Assembly (NCBI GenBank): GCA_000092065.1
Contig: CP000601.1
DNA length: 64,000 bases
Source of the DNA: Ostreococcus lucimarinus
Lineage: Eukaryota
Strand: one strand, 5' to 3'
Part shown: positions 20,329 to 31,359 of the stretch, one piece after another
How positions within the stretch are numbered: position 1 is the stretch's first letter
Layout of the letters: the number at the start of each line of letters is the position of its first letter
Notes under the pieces: model-generated
What the model was told of the DNA's origin: nothing
The model's input: only the letters and a program-made list of their open reading frames with translations
The model's database searches: none
Translations under genes and position numbers: made by a program

Positions 20329-23300
20329 CTACGTCGTGGGTTTTTTAATTTTGAACGAAAGTTTGAGCTTCTTCGCGGGCGCGGCGTCCTCCGTCGCGGC
20401 GGGCGCGGCGTCCTCCGTCGCGACGGGCGCCGCAGGCTCCACGGCAAACTGCGTGACGCTCGGATTCTGATCTCTCGCGCGCTTCAGGCCACCCACCGGA
20501 GTACCACCTTGAGGCGTGGCGTCGCCTTCTGATCCCATCATCGTCGCCGTGCGCTCGGAGACGGTCGTCTTGTCGTCTTGTACGTGTTCCGCTTGCTGTT
20601 CGACAAACGCCGCCTCGGCGTCGATTCTACGCTGTTCAGCGTTTTTCAAGTCTACCTCGGCGCGCGCGGCTTGTCGCAAGCGCTCGCGTTCTCGCTTCCG
20701 AGCACGCTTAGCTTCCTTCTCCGCGCGCTTGACTTCATCCTCAGCCGTTGGCGCGGCGTGCGCGGCGTGGACATCGACGCCGACTGGGACTTGATCGCCC
20801 GCGCGCCGAATCGCCTCGGCGATGGATTCTCGAATCTCACTCAGGCTCTCATCTTGCGAAGCGAGCGTGGCGAGGATCGAAAACGCCGCGCTCGCAATTT
20901 CGCTTCCGCCCTTTAGCACGAGATCACGGAGGTCGGCCAATATCGGCTTCGAGACGCCCTTCAAAGAATCCGCCCCGGCGACGGATTGCAAGTACTCGCA
21001 CGCGCTCCACAACATGGCAGCCTTTGTCGCCGCAGACTCTTGCGCCGATCGTTCAAGCATGTACTTGAGCGCTTCGATCTCGCTCTTAGTTTCGACGAAG
21101 CGAAGGTACATCATCGTGTCCGCGGAAGCGAGCACGGTGGATTGTCTACCGAGCGCGAATCCAAGTTTGGCGACGTGTTCGGCGTCGGCGCGGAGCTCTT
21201 TCGAGTCGATCGTCGAAGCGAGTAAGCCTAACGCTCTGATTCCAGCGCACGTCACGCAAAGGTCGTCGCTTGGAAATCTGTCATCACGCCGAATGTAGTA
21301 ATGAATCGTCTGCATGACGGTTTGCAGTTGCTTGCCATCCGCGGGAACGCAGCGGCCGAGCGCGGCGATGCACGTCGCCACGAATCCGTCATCACTCTGC
21401 GGATTGCCCTCGTTGTCGTTATACTTTAGTCGGGCAACGATAGCCTCGAGCGCATCCTGATGGGTGATTCCGTTATCCATGACGTAACCAAGCGCCGTGA
21501 TGACGGCTTCGTCAACGATGACTTTCGCGAGGTCTCTAAAGTCGTTTTGTTTCGGCTTTCCCGTGTTGGCGTCGCACTGAAACTTTTTGTAATGCCGAAT
21601 CAACGCGTTCAATCCGCCCCATTGCGTTTTCTCGCTCGCACTTTTGCCGAGCGCTAGCGCTGCTTCGGCGCGCACGCGACAGAAGGTATCCTCAGAGTTC
21701 AGACACTTATCCAGCACGAGAACTGCGCTCACGGATCCGTTGGCGACGCGGCGACCGAGAAATTCCACGGCGATGGTTTGCGCGACGATGTCTTTTTCTT
21801 TCTCCAGCATCTGCGCCATCATCGACTCTAACCCGACCTGCTTCGCACTTTGTTCTATGTTGCCCATCCACTCGAATTCCGGGTCCACGCGGACGTATCG
21901 TACCGGACAATCCATCGCGGCGATGAGTTCGGGGTCACCTCCAGATTCGATGATTGTCTTCGGGCGACGATCTTTGATTTTCGGTTGCAGAGGAATCTCC
22001 ATCAACTGCCAAGCAGAATGTCCTAGCGATACGACGTGATCGTTCGCATCCGGGCGGTTCTCTTCGCGCATGCGCACGGTGACCGAAGTGCGATGGTTTC
22101 TGGCGACGGCGAGTGCCGCTCTGTCGGCCGCCGCCGCCGCGACGCTCCCTTCGAGTTTGACCGCAAACTCCATGACGTTTTTCCTACGTTTCACAACGTA
22201 TCCAACGCACAGCTTCGGCGTGCCCGCGCCATACACCCAGCGTTCTAAGAAGGAGTTCACCTCACCTTTGCCCAAGTTGACCGTCGCGCGGCAGTGATCG
22301 AAGAGTTGCAGCGTGTGAATCCAACGCGCGTTGCTCGACAGCACCTCCGCGGAGGGACCAGCGCGCGTCCCGCCCTCCTTCTTATTTCTACGAACATGCA
22401 ATCCTGCGAAATATTTCAACACCTTCTGCATGACATCCGGCCCGAGGCGTTTCTCGAGCATGTAAATGATCGTCACCGCCTTGGCTTGCAACCCGCGCTC
22501 GACGCTCGCCGAGAGTGGCTTCGGCGTCCCGCCGGCGGCAAGGTCGGGGCCGGCGTACTGTCCGGCGCGCCAAATGCGCGCCGCACGACTGGCGAGAGGG
22601 GGGAGTGATTCACCGTCGTCCATCCGCGCCGTCAATTGCATGTCGCGCATGCGCCTGAACGACAGTTCGTTCAATCCCGTCAACTTTTTCACATACGCGC
22701 CGGCGAGATACTGCGCCAGTCCTTCCACGACCCAACAGTCCGTGGTATCCGCCGGGACGACGACGCCCCCGAACCACTGTCGCGCGATGGCGGTGGCGAT
22801 ATGCACGCGCGCATCGAGCAAAGCCGTGTTGAGCGTCGGGTCTATCAACCATTTAGCCGAGTGAATGTTCATGCACGCGCCCAAGCTATCGCGCGCTCCC
22901 ACGTACTCGTCCGGCATGAAGACGATATTCAAGCACGAAATAGGGTACGGATGCCCGAGATATTCCTCGTACGCCACGATAGCCTTACTCACACCCGCGG
23001 CCGCGATCTCCAAGCGCTCGGCGTAATCGCCGTCTTTGGGAGCGAACAAAGTCACGCCTTTGATCGGGCTCGACACCGCCTTGAACCTGCCACAAATCAA
23101 TCGCATTTCGTGCGCAAACGTCGGATACATCCCCGTGAAGTGATGTCGCAGCCTAAAGCCGTCTTCGTCTTCATCGATGTCGTTGCACCGCTCGACGCGA
23201 TCCCAATGCGCGGACGTGATGACTTGCAAATCCCTCGGCGCGCTCACCGAGAAATCAAACGTCGTCAGCACGTCCCCTCGCTCGACGCACGGAAACCAAC

Positions 23301-24122
23301 ACGCCGGCCGCCTCGACGCCCCCGGGCACAAAAAGTACGATTCATCCGCCGCGATTCCCATCGCGCTTTCGTCCGTTTCGTACTCGATCTCAATCACGAT
23401 TTCCTTCTCCGTAGTCGCCGACGTCGACTCCCCGTTCGCCGCGCCTCGCGCTCGAGCCTCAATCTTCTCCCCGCTCACCGGCGCGATCACCACCTCCCTC
23501 GAGTGTTCCTCTCCGTCCAAGTTACTCTCAGACTCCAAATACGTCCGCACGTCTTTCGCCAGGCTCAACGCATCGCTCGGCGCCGTCTTCGTCCCGATCG
23601 TCGGTTTACTCGTCTTCGTCTTCGTCGCTCGACACTCCACGCCTGGCGCGCGTCGAATTCCATCCATCACCCGTCAGTCTCCCCGCTCGCGCCTCCTCTC
23701 GTCGCGGCGTCGCATCGCGTCGCATCGCATCGTTTGCATCGTTCGAATCGCTCGTCGTCGTCGTCGTCGTCGTCGCTTCGCCTCGCGCGTCTCGCACCGT
23801 TTATCGCGCACGACGCGATCTTCAACCCCTCGGCGCGAACCCGCGCGCCCGCGAACGCGCCGTCCGCGCCCGCGCACGTCAGCGTCGTCCTGCCGCGAAG
23901 CGCGCGTTTCGTGCGCCTCACGTCGACGTCGATGCGCTGATGCGTCACTCTGCGCGCGTCGTTTCGTCGATTCGTCGCGTCAGTCGGCGCGCCCTCGTCG
24001 CGTCATCATCGCGTCGTCGTCGCGCGTCGACGCGCGCGCGCGCGAGAGCGCGTCGGCGTAACGCACCGCGGGAATAACACGCCGCCGTCGTCGACGTCGC
24101 GCGTCGTCGCGCGCGACGCCAT
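20329..24122 (-). CDS. TAF2: Transcription initiation factor TFIID subunit 2 (TAF2), predicted 3 exons: 24067..24122, 23798..23949 and 20329..23642
   Basis: It has an aminopeptidase-N-like fold without HExxH (HIATAIARQWFGGVV...WVVEGLAQYLAG), a WFPCVE motif, C-terminal ARM/HEAT repeats and a KE-rich tail. Exons 1–2 restore the conserved N-terminus GGVLFPRVTHQRIDVDVRRTKRALRGRTTLT, which matches the plant [28 protein letters not shown]. Confidence 0.65.
23643..23797 (-). other. Predicted intron 2 of TAF2 (155 nt)
   Basis: Donor is AAACG|GTGCGAGACG. It contains a (GAC)8 run. Branch is GGGAGACTGACGGG and acceptor is GCGCCAG|GC. Confidence 0.5.
23950..24066 (-). other. Predicted intron 1 of TAF2 (117 nt)
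   Basis: Coding strand has donor CCGCG|GTGCGTTACG, branch GCCGACTGACGCGACG and acceptor CGCGCAG|AGTGACGCATCAG. Confidence 0.5.
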
Positions 24123-24345
24123 GGCGGCGCGCGCGGCCGATGCGTCGGCGAGTGACGATTGCGTCGCGTCATTCCGCCGGCATTCGCGCGCGCGCGCACG
24201 AATCGCGCGCGAATCGCGCGTCGACGCGCGTCGACGCGTCGGTGCGCGTCGCGCGGACGCGCCGACGTCGCGCGGCGCGCGGCGCGTCGCGCGCGGTCGG
24301 CGATTGTGAATCTCGATTGACACAGTTTGGTAAACTCGCGAACGA

Positions 24346-27300
24346 ATGGCGCCGGTGTTCGACGGATCGACGACGAAAAAGCGACACATCTCGCTCGGAG
24401 GACGGCGAAAGGATGAACCGTCGACGCAGCGGGCGCTGATCGAGAGCGCGCGCGAGGCGCGGGAGCGGAGGGCGGCGCAGAGGGCGACGGCGACGGCGAC
24501 GGCGACGGCGCAGCGGTTTCGACGAGGCGCGCGGGAGGTTAGACGCGCGAAAGCGGCGGTGAGGGAAGCGTACGCGAACGCGAGCGAAGGTGTGATGGTT
24601 GATGACGCGTCGTGCAGGGCTTTGGTGTATTTTGGTGATGGATGGAGAGATTGGGCGGCGTGCGCGGCGGCGTGTGAACGGTTGTACGCGGCGGCGACGA
24701 CGACGACGAGCGTGGCGCCGAGCGAGGCGTTCGTGGAGAGATGGGACGACGCGATGCGGGCGTCGGGCGTGGAGCGCGCGCGATGGGTGATTAGGATGCG
24801 GAAGATGGTGCGGTTGATCGTGGGGTCGCTTCGAGCGACGACGCGCTTGGAGGAGACGACTGGACGCGACGTCGCGGAGACGCACTTAGCGAGCGCTTTG
24901 TTGGCGCTCATGGCGAGAGATGACGCGAGATGGAAAGATACTGGCGTTCAATTGTGCGCGACTCTGTGCTCGAACGATGGTTTGGAAGATGTGCGAGAGA
25001 TTTTGCTCGATATTTTGAGAAATCAAAGTCGCCGCGACGACGTCGTTCGGGCGGCGATGCTTAGGACGTGCGAAAACATCGCGCGGTGTAGCGGTGACGA
25101 CGCGAGTGGTGCGCTCGCGTCGATGCTCGCGACGATACCCGGGGTGTGGGACACGTTCGGGCCGGAGATTCATTCGAGAGATTTGTGGTCGTTCGTCGTC
25201 GACGCGTTCAAGTCTGATCGTCACGTCGACTCGGTGGCTACCGTCGCACTCGAGACGCCGCTGAGCGGCGTCGACGCCGCGCTCGGGAACGTGTTGCAAC
25301 TCACGAAAACGTTCATAGGTACGATGGACTTTTCGCAGTCACAGAATGTCGTCGTCGCGGTGACAAAACTCATGGAGTCGTCTGTTTTGAGCGGCGCGCT
25401 CTTTGCCACAACGCCGAACGCGATGGAGGACGAAGACGATGACGAGGGCGGTGCGGACGACGACGACGACGACGACGATAGCGTCAAGATTGACTTACTC
25501 AATCTTCGCGCCGTGCGCGCGGAGGCGCGTAAAATTCGACGCGTGCCCCCTGACGTGGACATGGAGGCGGTGCGAGCCACGAGGACGTGGATGCAAACGC
25601 GCGAATTCTTCGGCGACAACGCGTGTGTCGCGCGACTCGTCACAACGATCATGCCTGCGAACGACGCGCAGCGATGCTTAGTAGGCATCGAAGGGTTCAC
25701 GCATTTCGCGTGCGCGTGCGACATGGTGCTCAGAGGCGCCGAGCGAGCGTCGTTCACGCGCGTGCTCACGTTTGGCACGGATTGCATCGCTCAACTTTGG
25801 CCCGCCCTCGAGCATTGGAGGCAAACTTCCGGAGGTGGGCAAGAACGCTCGTTCCGCAGAGCCTTGGGCGTTTTCGCAAAGTTGTACAACACCTACACCG
25901 CTATTTCCGACGATGAAGAATTTTATCGTCTGGGAAAACCGCTCGGTCTCGAGGCGACGACGCGTCTCGTCGCATTTTTAAGAGACACGCTCTGGACGTT
26001 GCTGTGGGTTGAACGGGGTCCGGATGGCACACCTTTAAACGCGCTGTCTTTCATCGACGAATATTTCGAGGCGGAGACATGGCACGCGTGTTCTATAGCG
26101 CTCGCGCGCCTGCACGATCGCAACGGGCGTCATCAATTTATGAACCCGCTCGAGTTTCAAGTGCGCGACGCCCAAGTGGACATCCCAACGCTTTTGCAAG
26201 AGGCCCGCGATGCAAAATCGCGCGCGTCGATGCTTTTGTGCGGTGCACCGTGTTTGGTACCGTTCGAAGTGCGCGTGCACAAATTCATGGACGTCCGTCG
26301 TCGCGAGCGTCAAATGGGCGCCGTTGGTTACGCCACGATTCGCGTAAGACGCGGGCACTTGCTCGAAGACGGCATCGCCGGTCTTTCGGATAAGCTCACA
26401 GAGACGCTCGGCGGAATCATTCGCGTGCAGTTCATCAATCAGCAAGGGCTCGAAGAGGCTGGCGTCGACGGCGGCGGTTTATTCAAAGATTTCTTGAACG
26501 ATTTAATTGCGGAAGCGTTCGATCCGAAATTCGGCTTGTTCGTCGAGACGCCCGAGCGCACGCTCTACCCGAATCCAGCGTCTGAGTTGCACGCGGGCGA
26601 GCGACACTTGCAGTACTTTTACTTTCTCGGCGCCATCCTCGGCAAAGCGTGCTACGATGGGATTCTTCTCGACGTTCCACTCGCTGATTTCTTCCTCGCC
26701 TCGCTGAAAGGTCGACACGTCGAGTTTAACGACCTGACGACGCTCGATCCCGAGCTTTATCGCAACTTGGTTTCGCTCAAACGCTACCAAGGCGACGTCG
26801 AGGATTTATGTCTGTACTTTACCGCCATCGATCGAAGTGGCATGGAAGAAACTGTGATCGAGCTCATCCCGAATGGCTCGAGCGTACCGGTGACGAGGGC
26901 TAACGTCCCGCGGTACCTTCATTGCATGTCGATTTATTTGCTTCGAGCGCAAATCTACCGCCAACTTTCGAGCATGAAGGCGGGCTTTAGCATCGCCGTT
27001 CGCAAGCGTTGGCTCGACATGTTCACCCCCGCCGAACTGCGATTACTCATATCAGGTAATCGCACGGGAAGCATGGACATCGATGACATGGCGGCAAACT
27101 GCGAATACTCTGGCGGCTACGAGGCGTCGCATCCGACGATTCGCGCGTTGTGGCGCGTCATGCGTACGATTTCCCCAGACGACCAACGTTTGGTGCTCAA
27201 ATTCATCACCTCGTGCAGCAACACACCACTGCTCGGGTTTTCGCATCTCGAACCCAAACTGTGCGTGCATCGAAGCGGTACCGCGGGCACGGACGCCCCC

Positions 27301-27444
27301 GACGCGACCGCGGACTTGACCAGGCTTCCCACCGCCGCGACGTGCATGAACCTTCTGAAACTACCGCCGTATTCTTCCGACGACGCGTTGCGCGAAAAAT
27401 TAATGTACGCCGTCAAGTCCGGCAGCGGCTTCGATTTATCCTGA
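24346..27444 (+). CDS. HECT-type E3 ubiquitin-protein ligase, UBE3B/UBE3C (plant UPL6/7) class, with N-terminal IQ-like motif
   Basis: The N-terminus KKRHISLGGRRKDEPSTQRALIESAREARERR matches UBE3C TRPKVSLGGASRKEE. The C-terminal HECT domain contains GVDGGGLFKDFLNDL and ends in the catalytic Cys context PTAATCMNLLKLPPY. Confidence 0.85.
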   Translation: MAPVFDGSTTKKRHISLGGRRKDEPSTQRALIESAREARERRAAQRATATATATAQRFRRGAREVRRAKAAVREAYANASEGVMVDDASCRALVYFGDGWRDWAACAAACERLYAAATTTTSVAPSEAFVERWDDAMRASGVERARWVIRMRKMVRLIVGSLRATTRLEETTGRDVAETHLASALLALMARDDARWKDTGVQLCATLCSNDGLEDVREILLDILRNQSRRDDVVRAAMLRTCENIARCSGDDASGALASMLATIPGVWDTFGPEIHSRDLWSFVVDAFKSDRHVDSVATVALETPLSGVDAALGNVLQLTKTFIGTMDFSQSQNVVVAVTKLMESSVLSGALFATTPNAMEDEDDDEGGADDDDDDDDSVKIDLLNLRAVRAEARKIRRVPPDVDMEAVRATRTWMQTREFFGDNACVARLVTTIMPANDAQRCLVGIEGFTHFACACDMVLRGAERASFTRVLTFGTDCIAQLWPALEHWRQTSGGGQERSFRRALGVFAKLYNTYTAISDDEEFYRLGKPLGLEATTRLVAFLRDTLWTLLWVERGPDGTPLNALSFIDEYFEAETWHACSIALARLHDRNGRHQFMNPLEFQVRDAQVDIPTLLQEARDAKSRASMLLCGAPCLVPFEVRVHKFMDVRRRERQMGAVGYATIRVRRGHLLEDGIAGLSDKLTETLGGIIRVQFINQQGLEEAGVDGGGLFKDFLNDLIAEAFDPKFGLFVETPERTLYPNPASELHAGERHLQYFYFLGAILGKACYDGILLDVPLADFFLASLKGRHVEFNDLTTLDPELYRNLVSLKRYQGDVEDLCLYFTAIDRSGMEETVIELIPNGSSVPVTRANVPRYLHCMSIYLLRAQIYRQLSSMKAGFSIAVRKRWLDMFTPAELRLLISGNRTGSMDIDDMAANCEYSGGYEASHPTIRALWRVMRTISPDDQRLVLKFITSCSNTPLLGFSHLEPKLCVHRSGTAGTDAPDATADLTRLPTAATCMNLLKLPPYSSDDALREKLMYAVKSGSGFDLS

Positions 27445-27504
27445 GAAGTTTCTACTAGTGATCACTCCAGCAGAGTTTGTATCGATACGCGCATTCATTC
27501 ATTC

Positions 27505-30462
27505 ATGGCGCGTCCGCGAGCCGACAGCGCGTGTGCTCGCCGCTCGCCGCTCGGCTTCGCGTCGAGCGCGCTCGGATCCAGGCACCGCGTCACTCACCCG
27601 CGCGCGCGGGACATGCGCGTCGACGCCGCGCACACAGCGCGCCCGCGACGCGTGCACTTTCTCGTCGACGCGCGCGCGACGCGCGAGCGCGCGAGCGCGA
27701 CGCAGTCGGCGTCGACGTCGGGAGCTGATTTTAAATCTTCAACTTGGAAAACCTTCGCGCGCCGCGCGCTCGAACGCGCCGTCGACGGGCGCGCGGGCGA
27801 AGACGTTGAATTTACCGTGCGCGCGTGCGATGGGTCGGTGCCGCCGCACGCGTTCGACGCGCGGGCGCGAGAGGCGACGGGACGACGCGGCGATGAGTTT
27901 GGAAAGTTTCGGCGGTGCGACAAAAACGCCGTCGAGGACGCGTTCAGGACGTGCGAGACGACGTGCGGGGAGTATTTAGAGACATTTACGAGCGGCGGCG
28001 ACGTCGCGGCGAGCGACGAGGATGGACGGGGGGCGATCGAGAGTTGGTTGGTGAACGCGACGCGGAACGTCGGCGCGGCGACGAACGATTTCGCCGCCGC
28101 GGGCGGCGGATTCGCCGCGACTTTCGCGGACGACGACGACGAAGGCGAGAAGTACAGCGCGTTATTCATCATCACCGCACTCCCCGAGCTGTCGGAAGCG
28201 GAAGCGGCGAAGGTTGATGCGAAGCACGTGGCCAAGTTGTTTAAAGGCATCGAGGAGAAGTTCAAGCGAGACCGCGTTCGAGCGCATTTGTTGTACGTCG
28301 GCGACGGACCGACGGGCGCGTTCGCGGACGTCTTGCAAGAGACGTTTCATAAATTGAATGGTGCGGTGATATCGCTCGATGTCGCGAGCAGACTCGCGTC
28401 CTGGCTGCCGCTGTATTCGACGCTCTCGGCGCTGAGCCGCGGTGACGAGGCGAGCGCGTCCACGACTACGGTGGAGTCGACAAGTACGGTGGACATAATC
28501 GTCGAGACTCGAGACTCGCAATCGGCGCATCGCTTAGGCGAAGCCCATCAAGCGCGATATCATGGTCGAGGTGACGGTTCGATTGCCATTGTCGGTTTCA
28601 TCGACCGCGCCGAAGCGCCCTCAGCCGCGGCGCTGGCTGTTGAAACGCAAACCATTTTGTGCTTTGACGACTCGCCGATTCGTGCGCTTATGGCGATGCT
28701 TGTACTAAAAGACGCAGTCGCAGTCGTCCGACGCGATGCTGGGAGACACGAGCAGATCGCGATTCTAGAGCCGTTGACGTGTTCGTCCTTCATCGTCACT
28801 TCCCTGAAGACGACGCCTGGCGAGCTGTGCCCGCGCGCGTCGGCAGCGAAAGCGAGCGCTCGGAGCGAAATTGTTAAACTCGCGTCGAGGCGAGATTGTT
28901 TAGCGTCACTCGAAAATGTGCACGTATTGCTCGCGAAGATTCGCGAAGACGTGCGCGAGAAGATTGTGTCACCTCCGGCGACGCAGGATTCTTTAGCGTT
29001 GACGCAACAAGTGTTGTCGATGGACGCTGCGACGCAGAGCTCAAGTGCGCCGCTGATGCCGGTCGATGTGAACACCCTTGAGGAAGCTTTCATCGCGGAC
29101 CAGCGAATTGGCGTGCAACAAGATGCCTCTCGGTTGGAAGCTTGGTACGGCTCGCGCGATTTGGTGCCAAAGACTCGAGAAATGTTGCGTCGCGTGGAAG
29201 ATAAAGCGACGAAATCTTCAGACACCGCGGGCGAACTCTTGAATAATCTCGATGAACGGTTCAAGGACATGCTCAAACGCCATAATGGCATTGTTTCGCC
29301 GCCGCGAAAGTCACGAGCGCGACGATCGCTCGCGTCTACGCTAACGGTGTTTGCAATGGACGCTGACGTGCCGCCATGGACTGGGGATGTCGAACAGGCG
29401 GCGCTCGAGGAATACGAGTCATTCGTCGCTACGTTCAGCGCGCTCGAAGGTGGGGACGGATTGAACGAGCCGAATCTCCATGATTTCGCTGCCAAGATTA
29501 TTTATCGATTCCGCTTGAGCGTGGGCTCGAACGAAGACGATAATCTCGTCGAGCGACTCGAACGCGCAATCGCGAAGAATTCAAAAGAGCTCAAGGCAAA
29601 GTACGTCGGTGTACACTCATCCAAGGCGGCCAAGCGGCTGGAGTTCATATTACAGATGCACGTCGCGCTGCAGTTGGCTTCTCTCAAAGTGACGCAAGTG
29701 CGCGATGAGAATGGCGCGGACGCGTGCGAGGCTGTCGAAGAGCGCGCCATCTCGAAGAAAGAGCAAAAGAAACTCGTCAAGTCTGTGCAAAAGTTGGTGG
29801 ACGAGATTCATTTTCTTCTTCAACCCTGCGGCGTCGAGGGCGTGCGCTCGTTGATGGCGGCAGAGTTGACTCCACACTATAGCGGATTCATACCAGACAC
29901 TTTGCGAGTGTTGCAGCGCGATCTCGGCTTGACCATGGAACCCGACGCCGGCGGCGACGCAAGTGCCGTCGCGTTGACGCCGTTTTCTCCCGTGCCCGCG
30001 CTCAGGCGCTCACCAAGAAAGCCGAAAGCACCGGAAAGACTCGCACCCGCAGAACCGGCGCCGAAGCTCAAAATTAAGGCGAAACCGCACGAGGGCTGGC
30101 ATCACCTCGCGCGTGGGCGGAACAACACGAAGGAAGTCAAGGTGTCCGTCAAAGATTTGAAAAAGCCGACGTTCGCGCATCCGCGACCGCAAACGTTTCG
30201 CGGCGTTACGCGCCATTCAGCTCTCCAAGGTGGCGCCACGCCCGCACCGAGCGGTAACCGCGCGCTATCGACGCCCGCGATAGTGAAATGCACGCCCATG
30301 GGCGGCACCACGCCCGCGCCGATGCGCGGGGGACCGCGAGCAATTGTCGCCGCGACACCCGTCGGCGGCGCGATGTCGACGCCGTTGGCGAATCGTGCGC
30401 CCGTCCGCAAGCTGGCCGACGACTTCACGCCCGCGAAAAGATCGCGACTGCACAATACATAG
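27505..30462 (+). CDS. Hypothetical 985-aa protein with a C-terminal cluster of S/T-P sites and a KRSRL basic motif. Start is uncertain.
   Basis: Continuous ORF with coding-like GC3. The C-terminus reads TPAPSGNRALSTPAIVKCTPMGGTTPAPM...ATPVGGAMSTPLANRAPVRKLADDFTPAKRSRL. The ATG at 27505 lies only 60 bp after the HECT stop. Confidence 0.5.
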   Translation: MARPRADSACARRSPLGFASSALGSRHRVTHPRARDMRVDAAHTARPRRVHFLVDARATRERASATQSASTSGADFKSSTWKTFARRALERAVDGRAGEDVEFTVRACDGSVPPHAFDARAREATGRRGDEFGKFRRCDKNAVEDAFRTCETTCGEYLETFTSGGDVAASDEDGRGAIESWLVNATRNVGAATNDFAAAGGGFAATFADDDDEGEKYSALFIITALPELSEAEAAKVDAKHVAKLFKGIEEKFKRDRVRAHLLYVGDGPTGAFADVLQETFHKLNGAVISLDVASRLASWLPLYSTLSALSRGDEASASTTTVESTSTVDIIVETRDSQSAHRLGEAHQARYHGRGDGSIAIVGFIDRAEAPSAAALAVETQTILCFDDSPIRALMAMLVLKDAVAVVRRDAGRHEQIAILEPLTCSSFIVTSLKTTPGELCPRASAAKASARSEIVKLASRRDCLASLENVHVLLAKIREDVREKIVSPPATQDSLALTQQVLSMDAATQSSSAPLMPVDVNTLEEAFIADQRIGVQQDASRLEAWYGSRDLVPKTREMLRRVEDKATKSSDTAGELLNNLDERFKDMLKRHNGIVSPPRKSRARRSLASTLTVFAMDADVPPWTGDVEQAALEEYESFVATFSALEGGDGLNEPNLHDFAAKIIYRFRLSVGSNEDDNLVERLERAIAKNSKELKAKYVGVHSSKAAKRLEFILQMHVALQLASLKVTQVRDENGADACEAVEERAISKKEQKKLVKSVQKLVDEIHFLLQPCGVEGVRSLMAAELTPHYSGFIPDTLRVLQRDLGLTMEPDAGGDASAVALTPFSPVPALRRSPRKPKAPERLAPAEPAPKLKIKAKPHEGWHHLARGRNNTKEVKVSVKDLKKPTFAHPRPQTFRGVTRHSALQGGATPAPSGNRALSTPAIVKCTPMGGTTPAPMRGGPRAIVAATPVGGAMSTPLANRAPVRKLADDFTPAKRSRLHNT

Positions 30463-30514
30463 CTTCGATCATCGTTGTACAACACGTATTCACAATAAAC
30501 TAAGGGAAAATGCT

Positions 30515-31263
30515 CTAAGGGAAATATTCGCGTTCTCGAAACGCGCTGGCGCCGAGCGCCATCGTGAGCTCTCTGGCGCGAGCGATATCCACGCCGGGCG
30601 TTCGCGTCGTCGTCGCCTCTACCTCCATCCCGAGTTCACTACATCGTTCAATGAACGCCAACGCGTCTCCTTGCGTCCTTCCGTCCCTCGGCGCCATGAT
30701 TCGCGCGTACTCATCCGGATCCGCGCTCGCAAAGTTAACCGTCACGCTTCGCAATCCGGCGTCCCGCAACGCGTCGCACACCGCCACATCCACCAGTCCA
30801 TTCGTCGCGACGCGCGTCGCGATTCCGTGTCTTCGCGCTCGTATCTCTCGCAGCGCGTCGCACAGCACGTCGTGGCGCAGCAACGGTTCGCCGTATCCCG
30901 CGAAGACGACGCCCGGGTCGCTCTCGCCGCTGCGCGCGTCGTCCAGAGTCACTTCTTTCGTCAGCGCGGGGTCCGATCGAGCGCGAGAGACGCTCGCGGG
31001 TGGAATCGAGCCGCGCGCGCGGTCGCGTCGACGCACCTGCTCGCGATGGGCGGCAGCGCGTCGTAGAAGGCGTCGATGACGTCGACGAGTTCAGCAGCCG
31101 TCGGCTCGGGCTCGGTCAGTAACTGAAACTTTGACGACGCCGGCATCGAGAACGCGGGTCCGCGGAGTCGCGTCAGCGGCGTCGCATTCGTTTGGTTGGT
31201 CAACGCGAGATACAACGCGCCGCGAAGGGTGTAGGCGACGCCCGGTCGCGCGAGGGACGCCAT
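30515..31263 (-). CDS. Radical-SAM-fold (TIM-barrel) protein lacking the CxxxCxxC triad. Predicted 2 exons, 31037..31263 and 30515..30929.
   Basis: Exon 2 carries GVVFAGYGEPLL...VATNGL...LRSVTVNF, which are radical SAM core motifs. Exon 1 has ALYLALTNQTNATPLTRL where CNLRCxYC is expected. The two ORF-track pieces (30961..31263 and 30515..31036) are in different frames and are joined by the intron. Confidence 0.5.
30930..31036 (-). other. Predicted intron (107 nt, phase 2)
   Basis: Donor is AGCAG|GTGCGTCGACG, branch is CCGCGCTGACGAAAG and acceptor is CGCGCAG|CGGCGAG. Splicing yields ...ALPPIAS-S-GESDPGVVFAGYGEPLL with a total coding length of 642 nt. Confidence 0.5.
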
Positions 31264-31359
31264 GATGTGCCGGGACGGCGGGCGGCGCGCGGCGAGACGC
31301 GAATTCGTTCGACCGGACTCGCTACAGAAGTCGCCGCGACGCGACGCTACGAGCTAAAA

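Noticed and set aside
23725-23740. GTTCGAATCG, a tRNA T-loop-like motif
   Set aside because: It lies inside TAF2 intron 2. No flanking acceptor-stem or anticodon-arm complementarity could be built, so it is not a tRNA.
22636-23940. 434-aa plus-strand ORF across the TAF2 5' region
   Set aside because: It is antisense to TAF2 exons, His/Arg/Pro-rich and has no domain.
24006-24911. 301-aa and 238-aa minus ORFs overlapping the HECT gene 5' end
   Set aside because: They are antisense to a strongly supported UBE3C-like CDS. Only the short TAF2 exon 1 (24067..24122) on this strand is real.
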